Assembly (NCBI GenBank): GCA_040756235.1
Contig: JBFLZG010000094.1
Coordinates: 1-12,212, forward strand
Direction: 5' to 3'
Source of the DNA: a bacterium
GTDB taxonomy: Bacteria > Desulfobacterota > DSWW01
DNA: 12,212 nucleotides
Positions 1 through 6,687 of the stretch are shown here, in pieces. How positions within the stretch are numbered: the stretch's first letter is position 1; every line of letters starts with the position of its first letter. Below the pieces are notes generated by a model that did not search any database, was not told the DNA's origin, and saw only the letters and a list, made by a program, of their open reading frames with translations. Both the position numbers and the translations under genes were made by a program.

Positions 1-348
1 ATACCGATCGCCATCACACCCATGCAGACCGGCGGTGGGGTCAAGAACAAGACTCTGGAGGCGTTCGCGCTCAAGAGGCTTGTGATTTCCAGTGGCAAAG
101 GGGTGGAGGCCCTGGATGCACAGGACGGTGTCCATTACATCCGGGCGGAGCGCCCTGAGGAGTATGCCAGGGAAATCATGAGACACCTCCAGCCAACCGA
201 TCGAGGCGATACGATCAGAAGAAACGCCCGGCAGCTCGTACTCGAGAAATACACCTGGAAGAAAATCGGGGATCGATATCTCGGGCTGGTCATGCAGGCG
301 TTGACTTCACAGGAACGGAGGATTTTTCCACTGTGGCACCGCACGTGA
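1..348 (+). CDS. Glycosyltransferase family 4 (GT-B), C-terminal part; 5'-truncated by the window edge
   Basis: Frame is open from base 1 (IPIAITPMQTGGGVKNKTLEAFALKRLVISS). P-x3-GGG-x-KNK-x-LEA and NARQLVLEKYTW are typical GT4 C-terminal motifs. Confidence 0.88.
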   Translation: MPIAITPMQTGGGVKNKTLEAFALKRLVISSGKGVEALDAQDGVHYIRAERPEEYAREIMRHLQPTDRGDTIRRNARQLVLEKYTWKKIGDRYLGLVMQALTSQERRIFPLWHRT

Positions 349-1877
349 AGACAGCGAGTCTGACAGAACAATCCCTCTATCTCATGGCTGGAAGACTGTG
401 CAGTTATCTCTTGGAGCTGGCCAACCCAATCATTTTCGTCCGTGTTCTCCAGCAGTATGATTACGGTGTGTACCGTCAGCTCATGCTTCTCGCCTCGACT
501 CTTTTTCCCATCGGTCAGATGGGTGTGACACAAGGGCTCTTCTACTTTCTGCGCCGGGAACCTGAAAAGAGGGACGCCCTCGTCTTCCAGACTTTCCTTT
601 TCGTATTCTCTACGGGGCTGGTCGTGCTGATCGCGTTAGTCCTGTTCTCCGGATCCATTGCCGATCTCTTCAACAGCGTGGAGATGTCGGCACTCATGCC
701 CTTGATCGCAGTGCACTGCTTTTTCATGATCAGCTCCTCTTTCCTGCAATCCGTAATCATTGCGGAAGGGAGGGCAGAGCTGGCAGCTGCCATCACCGTA
801 TTGTTTCAGGTCATTTACTCACTATTCGCAATTGCAGGGATCATCTGGACAAGAGATATTGTCGGCCTGCTGTACGCTCTTGTCATCTATTCTGCCATCA
901 GGTTTGTGTTCCAGGTCATGTACTTGCGACGGAGATACCACTTTACCCTGGCTTCCCTGGACTTGCCTTTTCTCCGAAGGCAGCTGGGGTACTCATTACC
1001 CATGGGCGTTGCCAACATCTCATGGCTCCTTCAGCAGAAGCTCCACAGCTACTTCGTTGCCTTCATGTTCACTCCGGCGATTTATGCGGTCTACTCCATC
1101 GGCAGCTACAATTTGCCGTTCATTACCATGCTCAACGCAGCTGTCGCGAATACAATGGCGCCGGCCTTATCCGTCATGCAGAAAGACGGGCAGATGGAGA
1201 AGTTGCTGAGGACTTGGAACAGCGCCATGAGGAAATCCAATCTCTTGCTCTGTCCTGCATTCGTGTTCCTTTTCCTCATGGCAGATCAGTTCATCATCGC
1301 CTTGTTCAGCGATGCTTACTCCGGAGCCGTCCCCGTGTTCAGGATCAGTTTGCTCCTTGTCCTGGTTTCCAGCGTTCGCCCGGAGATGCTTCTGCAGGCC
1401 ACGGCTAAGACGACATACATCATGCGTCTGACCGTTTTCAGGGTGCCGGTGGCCATCGGCATCTTGTACGTCTTTGCCCATCGATGGGGTGTGCTGGGAG
1501 CCATCAGTGCAAACGTGGTTATCGAAACGGCATTCAGATTCGGGTTCCTGAGAAGGGCCTCGCGTGTGCTCGGAATTCCAGCTCTGGCCCTTATCCAGTG
1601 GGGGCCGAACCTGAGGATACTGGCGGTGGCGCTCCTAGCCGGCCTCCCGATCTGTGCGATCAGGATGGTCCCTTTTTCGCATCCGCTCCTGTCCCTTGCG
1701 ATCGGCGCCGTTGCCTATGCCGCAGCGTATCCCGGCCTGAGCTTCCTCTTCCGCACGGTCCAACCAGAGGAATGGCGTGCAGCCATTGATTTCGGCACCC
1801 GCCTTTTCCGCAGAGCTTCATCAAAAATTCCGTCCTTTCAGAGGATGTCCAAGACACTGCCGGAGGCAGAGCGTTGA
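333..1877 (+). CDS. Wzx-type oligosaccharide/polysaccharide flippase (MOP superfamily)
   Basis: 514 aa with many hydrophobic segments; N-terminal RVLQQYDYGVY and central LRRQLGYSLPMG...YAVYSIG motifs. GTG start overlaps the GT 3' end. Confidence 0.9.
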   Translation: MAPHVKTASLTEQSLYLMAGRLCSYLLELANPIIFVRVLQQYDYGVYRQLMLLASTLFPIGQMGVTQGLFYFLRREPEKRDALVFQTFLFVFSTGLVVLIALVLFSGSIADLFNSVEMSALMPLIAVHCFFMISSSFLQSVIIAEGRAELAAAITVLFQVIYSLFAIAGIIWTRDIVGLLYALVIYSAIRFVFQVMYLRRRYHFTLASLDLPFLRRQLGYSLPMGVANISWLLQQKLHSYFVAFMFTPAIYAVYSIGSYNLPFITMLNAAVANTMAPALSVMQKDGQMEKLLRTWNSAMRKSNLLLCPAFVFLFLMADQFIIALFSDAYSGAVPVFRISLLLVLVSSVRPEMLLQATAKTTYIMRLTVFRVPVAIGILYVFAHRWGVLGAISANVVIETAFRFGFLRRASRVLGIPALALIQWGPNLRILAVALLAGLPICAIRMVPFSHPLLSLAIGAVAYAAAYPGLSFLFRTVQPEEWRAAIDFGTRLFRRASSKIPSFQRMSKTLPEAER

Positions 1878-1965
1878 GATCGTGCGGGCCCTCGACGACA
1901 TGTCAAATGAGGGTATTGCGGTCCGCAGTCCAGGGGTCCGTCCCACCCAAGGAGGGGAGTCCAAC

Positions 1966-2949
1966 ATGCAATCGCTGAATTTGGCCTCACGCCGCCCCGT
2001 CCGCCGATTGAGAGACAAGGTCGTCAAGAGAAGATTCATCCTGCCGGATGAGCTGAAGAATGGTCGAAGACTGAGCGAGGCGATCCAGTGTTTGAGGGAG
2101 AAATGGCCCACGCCCGTGCAAGACACGCAGCAGGAGGAGTCTCCAGTCTTCATCTTCTCTGCGGGTTGGCGGTCCGGGTCAACCTTATTGCAGCGTTTGA
2201 TCATCTCCAGCGGAGAAGTGGCCGTTTGGGGTGAGCCACTTGGGGAGGCCGGCATCATTCCCAGATTGGCGATGGCAATTTCTGCCATTGACCGTCGATG
2301 GCCTCCAGATCAGTACTTTCTGAGGTCTGTCGACATCTCGGGTCTCTCCAATCAGTGGATCGCGAACCTCACCCCGGACATGGCTTTCCTATGGCGCTCG
2401 CAGCGGGCGATGCTCAGGGAGTGGATGGGGGCGCCGGTAAAGGAAAAGCTCGGGATGGAACGGTGGGGATTCAAGGAAGTCCGCCTCACGATACACCATG
2501 CCAGATATCTGAAGTGGCTTTTTCCTAATGCTCGCTTCCTGTTCATATACCGCAATCTCTACGACTCCTACAGATCATGGAAAGGCAATCAATGGAGAAA
2601 CCTCTGGCCGGGCTACTATTCCAGGTCCCCGGCAATCTATGCGCTTCACTGGAAACATCTGCTTGGCGGCTTCTTGGACGGATACAAGGATGTGGACGGC
2701 ATGATGATCAGGTTCGAAGACCTGATTGCCGGGAAACTGGATTTGGCTTGCATTGCGAGCCATATCGGCGTCAGAAATCTGGATCCCGGGGTATTGAGCC
2801 AAAAGATCGGCTCCCCCAAGCGTGACGAGAAGAAGAAAAGGGAGAAGCTGTCCTCATATGAACGCCTCGTCCTTTCTGCCGTCGCAGCCCCAATGTTGAA
2901 ACGTGCCGGCTATCCCCACGCAATCGGCGGAGCCTCGCAGGGAGGGTAA
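1966..2949 (+). CDS. PAPS-dependent sulfotransferase family protein
   Basis: 5'-PSB loop PVFIFSAGWRSGSTLLQRL, WGEP, WGFKE, 3'-PB-like FPNARFLFIYRNLYDSYRS and IRFEDL. Start moved to ATG 1966, behind the SD GGAGGGGAG (1951-1959). Confidence 0.88.
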   Translation: MQSLNLASRRPVRRLRDKVVKRRFILPDELKNGRRLSEAIQCLREKWPTPVQDTQQEESPVFIFSAGWRSGSTLLQRLIISSGEVAVWGEPLGEAGIIPRLAMAISAIDRRWPPDQYFLRSVDISGLSNQWIANLTPDMAFLWRSQRAMLREWMGAPVKEKLGMERWGFKEVRLTIHHARYLKWLFPNARFLFIYRNLYDSYRSWKGNQWRNLWPGYYSRSPAIYALHWKHLLGGFLDGYKDVDGMMIRFEDLIAGKLDLACIASHIGVRNLDPGVLSQKIGSPKRDEKKKREKLSSYERLVLSAVAAPMLKRAGYPHAIGGASQGG

Positions 2950-2952
2950 GAA

Positions 2953-3198
2953 GTGGACACCAGAGCAGCCGTCCGGGACTTCATCGAGACCGAGCTCGAC
3001 CGGAAGAAGAAATTCGGACACCTGCGGGATACGGACCCCCTGATCGAGATGGGGCTCATCGACTCCATGGGAATCCAGAGACTCCTGGCCTATCTGGAGG
3101 CGACCTTCTCGATCCGCATCGAAGAAGAGGAGATCCTGCCCGAGAACTTCGAGACCCTGGAGGCGATCGTGAAGCTCCTTGGCCAAAAGATGAGGTGA
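2953..3198 (+). CDS. Stand-alone acyl/peptidyl carrier protein
   Basis: 81 aa and acidic; GLIDSMG phosphopantetheine site (Ser38); EILPENFETL tail typical of DltC/PltL-like carriers; SD GGAGGG upstream of GTG. Confidence 0.92.
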   Translation: MDTRAAVRDFIETELDRKKKFGHLRDTDPLIEMGLIDSMGIQRLLAYLEATFSIRIEEEEILPENFETLEAIVKLLGQKMR

Positions 3199-3207
3199 AA
3201 AGAGCTC

Positions 3208-3879
3208 ATGTTCAACTACGTGCTTCTACGTCTCGTGCAGGCCTCCGAGCGGGTCCGCAGCGAGGGCCTCGCCCAGGTCGCCCACGATCTCGTGCATTTC
3301 GAGAGACAGGCCGTGCCGGTCGAAAAAGATCTGAGGGGCATGGAAGCCGAGCCGCGGCCGGCCTGGACGGAGGATGGGACCTTTGCCGAGGTCACGGAGG
3401 AACTGCTGGACAACGCAGAGGTCGTCTATCCATTTCAGAACCGCCGCAGGAAAGCGCGGTACTACCTCGGCAAAGGGTGGGGCGGATACGCTCTCCTGAA
3501 AGGCAGGACCGTACTGGGAGACATCTGGTACGCCCCGGTCCCACAGGATACGAGCTCGCCCTGCCACCCGGACGTATCCTGGCTGGGGATCCGGCCCGAA
3601 GGAAAGTCCGTATACACGTTCGACATGTTCATCGACCCGGAAGAGCGCGGGAACAACACCGCCTTCGGCCTGCAGAGGGCGACCCTTCAGGATCTCCGAA
3701 CGAAGGGGTTCGAGAAGGCGTACGGCTTCTACTGGGCCGACAACATCCCGGCCCTCTGGATGCACCGGAGTCTGAGGTGGAAGCCGCTCGCGAGGCGCCG
3801 ATCCGATCGGTTCTTCTTCTATCGCAGATCGCGGCCTGCAGCTGACCGGCCTGCCCGATCCACGTCAAGAACGAGCTAG
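3208..3879 (+). CDS. GNAT-family N-acyltransferase
   Basis: C-terminal GNAT motifs YTFDMFIDPEERGNNTA (motif A-like) and DNIPALWMHRSLRW (motif B-like). Confidence 0.8.
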   Translation: MFNYVLLRLVQASERVRSEGLAQVAHDLVHFERQAVPVEKDLRGMEAEPRPAWTEDGTFAEVTEELLDNAEVVYPFQNRRRKARYYLGKGWGGYALLKGRTVLGDIWYAPVPQDTSSPCHPDVSWLGIRPEGKSVYTFDMFIDPEERGNNTAFGLQRATLQDLRTKGFEKAYGFYWADNIPALWMHRSLRWKPLARRRSDRFFFYRRSRPAADRPARSTSRTS

Positions 3880-3881
3880 CG

Positions 3882-3899
3882 GTCTTCAGGGAATGATTC
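3882..3899 (+). repeat. 18-bp direct repeat, copy 1 (contains the start codon of the EctC-like gene)
   Basis: GTCTTCAGGGAATGATTC; 16/18 identical to 5156-5173. Confidence 0.7.
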
Positions 3900-5170
3900 T
3901 GAAGAACATCCGCGAGCAGGAAGCGTGCTGGCCGGAGGATGCATTCATGCAAAAGCTCATCAAGAACAGTTGGCGTCGCGAATCTGGAGTGCCGTTCGCC
4001 AAGGCCGCGATCCTGAACCACGAAATCCATCCCGAAGGACTGGACGTCGACCGGATCCGCTTCTTCGAGGCCGGGAGCCTCGCGCCGAAATCGGGCGCTG
4101 GCCACATCATCAGCGTTCTACGGGGAAACGGAAGACTTCGCATTGCGGATAACACCAGGCACCCTCTTCACCTGGAGGCAGGCGTCCACCTGTATCTTCC
4201 GCCCGGGCTGGAGAGTGTTCTCGACGCGGAACCAGGGACCGAGCTCGTGCGCGTCTCAAGCGCGTCGGCATCGCAGCCGCACGGCAAGCAATGGTTGCTG
4301 CGCGATGAGATATTTCTTGCGGCCTGCGCGTCCGGGGCCCACTCGCTTCGATGGATCCTTACGCCGCAATACTTGAGCCGCCGGATCTTCCTGCACCATG
4401 ACCCGGTCCTTCTGTCGAAATCCGGGAATCCTGTCTCCTGGTTTCGGACCACGATGTTCGACGTTGCCGGACTTCCCGAAAACGGGGACGGGGAGCCGGT
4501 GTTCAAGATGTCCTACAACTCCCGGACCGAGTTCAACGTCTGTTACGAAGTGGAAGGGGCCGCCCGCGTGCGCATGGCCCGACACCCGTACGACGAAGCG
4601 AAGCAGCTCTGGGGCCCGTGGTTGCCGCTCGACGGCGACTCTACCTATCACCTGAACGAGACCCCCGGAGGTCCTGAAGAAGATCGCGGCCTCGGCGATG
4701 CGGCCCGGACGCCGCAATTCCTTCGCAACAGACACGAGGTCAGCATCACCGGCGGGCATGTCACGCTCTTCTGCCTGTTTGATCCGGCGCCCACGGGCGT
4801 TGAGAAGCACCGGCCCGGGGAGTACAGCGACTATGAGCCCCTGTCACAGGTTCTCGGGACCCGTGCGTACGAGACTCATCGGCGGGAGATCGCGAGATAC
4901 GATGAGATGGTGGATCAGCTTTCCCTGGCCAGGGCGATGGGCGCGTTGAGCACGCTCCAGGGAACTCCGGTTTGGGAACTGTACCTGCAGGGCCGGGAGG
5001 CGCAGGCCGCCGTGGAATCAGGGATTGCAGAGGCCGTTGCCGCCGAGGGCAAGGGGCGCGAGCGCGTGCTTGCGCGCTGGAGGCAAACCCCGACCGAGCC
5101 TCGGAGAATGGCTGATTCTTGTTCCACCAAGGATTCCTTGTCTTCTCGGATCGGAGTCTTGATGGAATGA
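3893..5170 (+). CDS. Double-cupin protein with divergent ectoine synthase (EctC)-like domain
   Basis: N-terminal cupin-like segment (HIISVLRGNGRL...LEAGVHLYLPPG). Residues ~134-314 match EctC motifs in order: SRRIFL, SWFRTT, Y-x4-E, TYHLN, RH, CLFDPAPTGVEKH. Helical C-terminal region. The ORF is secure; the family call is by eye. Confidence 0.7.
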   Translation: MILKNIREQEACWPEDAFMQKLIKNSWRRESGVPFAKAAILNHEIHPEGLDVDRIRFFEAGSLAPKSGAGHIISVLRGNGRLRIADNTRHPLHLEAGVHLYLPPGLESVLDAEPGTELVRVSSASASQPHGKQWLLRDEIFLAACASGAHSLRWILTPQYLSRRIFLHHDPVLLSKSGNPVSWFRTTMFDVAGLPENGDGEPVFKMSYNSRTEFNVCYEVEGAARVRMARHPYDEAKQLWGPWLPLDGDSTYHLNETPGGPEEDRGLGDAARTPQFLRNRHEVSITGGHVTLFCLFDPAPTGVEKHRPGEYSDYEPLSQVLGTRAYETHRREIARYDEMVDQLSLARAMGALSTLQGTPVWELYLQGREAQAAVESGIAEAVAAEGKGRERVLARWRQTPTEPRRMADSCSTKDSLSSRIGVLME

Positions 5171-5173
5171 TTC
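5156..5173 (+). repeat. 18-bp direct repeat, copy 2 (contains the stop codon of the EctC-like gene)
   Basis: GTCTTGATGGAATGATTC; 16/18 identical to 3882-3899. Confidence 0.7.
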
Positions 5174-5242
5174 CGATTTCTTGAGCCGTCTTTTTCTAAA
5201 CGGCAAGGTGGACAATCCCTTCGCCTCTAAAGGAACAGGCCC

Positions 5243-6394
5243 ATGGATTTCGCATTGACTGAGGACCAGGTCCGCCTCAAGAAGGCGGCCGTGGGGTTTG
5301 CGGAGCGGGAGCTCGGACGCGGGCTCAAGGAGCGGGACCGGGCGCAGCAGTTCGACTGGGACGGTTGGAAGAAATGCGCCCGGTTCGGCATCCACGGGTT
5401 TCCGATGCCCGTCGAGTACGGCGGCATGGGAATGGATCTGTTGAGCTGCGTTCTGGTCATGGAAGGGCTGGGGTCTGCCTGCGAGGACGGCGGCCTGCTG
5501 TTCTCCATCCACTCGCAGATCTGGACCTGCGAGTGCCCGATCCTCCGCTTCGGGACCGATGCGCAGAAAGTCCGGTTCCTGCCCGGGCTGATCCAGGGGA
5601 CCCTGGTCGGAGGCCACGCCATGACCGAGCCCGACTGCGGCTCGGATGCCTTCAGTCTGAAGTGCAGGGCCCGGAGGGAAGGGGATCGGTACATCCTTAA
5701 TGGGACCAAGGTCTTCATCACCAACGCCCCCATCGCCGACCTCCTGCTCGTCTTTGCGACCGAGGACCCGAAGAAAGGCTTTGCGGGCGTCTCGGCCTTC
5801 ATTGTGGAAAAGGGGTTCTCGGGCTTCTCGGTGGGGAAGCCTCTGGATCTGGCAGGCCTTCGGACCTGTCCGATCGGAGAGGTCGTCCTGGAGGACTGCG
5901 AGGTGCCGGTCGAGAACCGCTTGGGCAAGGAAGGAGCCGGTTCGGCGATCTTCAACGCCGAGATGGAGCGAGAACGGAGCTGTCTCTTCGCCACCCACCT
6001 GGGGGTCATGGAACGGGAGATGGACCGATCCATCAGGTACGCTCGGGAACGCCGCCAGTTCGGAGGACCGATCGGCCAGTACCAGTCGATCGCACACAAG
6101 ATCGCGGACATGCGCCTCCGCATCGAGCTGTCCCGGCTCGTCCTGTACAAAGTCGCCTGGATGAAAGATCGCGGGCAGCGGGCGCCTCTGGAATCCGCCA
6201 TCGCGAAGCTCTACGTGAGCGAGAGCCTCGTTCAGACCTGCCTGGACGCCGTCCAGATCCACGGGGCCTACGGATACTCGACCGAGTTCGGCATCGAGCG
6301 CAGCCTGCGGGACTCCGTTGCCGGGAAGATCTATTCCGGCACCTCGGAGATCCAGCGGAACATCATTGCCAGCTTTCTGGGCTTGCCCCTGTGA
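5243..6394 (+). CDS. Acyl-CoA dehydrogenase family, L-prolyl-carrier protein dehydrogenase-like (PltE/RedW/CloN3/AnaB type)
   Basis: MPVEYGG, HAMTEPDCGSDAF, LNGTKVFITNAP, RRQFGGPIGQYQSI and QIHGAYGY. Subfamily-like GLGSACEDGGLLFS, MERERSC and IYSGTSEIQR (Ser where MCAD has its catalytic Glu). Confidence 0.9.
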   Translation: MDFALTEDQVRLKKAAVGFAERELGRGLKERDRAQQFDWDGWKKCARFGIHGFPMPVEYGGMGMDLLSCVLVMEGLGSACEDGGLLFSIHSQIWTCECPILRFGTDAQKVRFLPGLIQGTLVGGHAMTEPDCGSDAFSLKCRARREGDRYILNGTKVFITNAPIADLLLVFATEDPKKGFAGVSAFIVEKGFSGFSVGKPLDLAGLRTCPIGEVVLEDCEVPVENRLGKEGAGSAIFNAEMERERSCLFATHLGVMEREMDRSIRYARERRQFGGPIGQYQSIAHKIADMRLRIELSRLVLYKVAWMKDRGQRAPLESAIAKLYVSESLVQTCLDAVQIHGAYGYSTEFGIERSLRDSVAGKIYSGTSEIQRNIIASFLGLPL

Positions 6395-6556
6395 GAGGCT
6401 GTCGATAAACGGCCATCTGCGGCGTTGCGCTCATGGCGAAGGGAGGCCGGGGGAGCTTGCCCCGGCGCAGGCCGGGGTCCACCGTGACCCCCGATTACGC
6501 CTCGTTCCTCAGGATTTCGCGCGCCTTGCATCTGGCCATTTCTCACCAGCCTCTCA
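6392..6556. mobile_element. MITE-like element with 24-bp imperfect terminal inverted repeats
   Basis: TGAGAGGCTGTCGATAAACGGCCA (6392-6415) versus the reverse complement of 6533-6556, TGAGAGGCTGGTGAGAAATGGCCA: 20/24 match. No transposase. Internal hairpin CCCCGGC-GCAG-GCCGGGG (6460-6477). Confidence 0.7.
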
Positions 6557-6687
6557 AGATGGTGTTTTTCGAAACCCTCATCTGAAGCAGGGGAGGAGAG
6601 AGTCAACGAGACCGCCCTCAGCCTTCTCATGAAATCCGAATGAACTCGGGCAGAAGGCTGGATCCGACACCTGCGAGGGACCGACTC

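Noticed and set aside
1777..1965. Longer start for the sulfotransferase
   Set aside because: Overlaps the flippase by about 100 nt; a strong SD precedes ATG 1966.
3208..5170. Canonical ectABC osmolyte operon
   Set aside because: No ectB, ectD or ask in the window; the protein is about three times EctC length and the GNAT lacks recognisable EctA-specific motifs, so no gene symbols were assigned.
5018..6262. 414-aa and 324-aa antisense ORFs over the dehydrogenase
   Set aside because: Shadow ORFs typical of high-GC genes; the plus-strand protein has a full set of family motifs.
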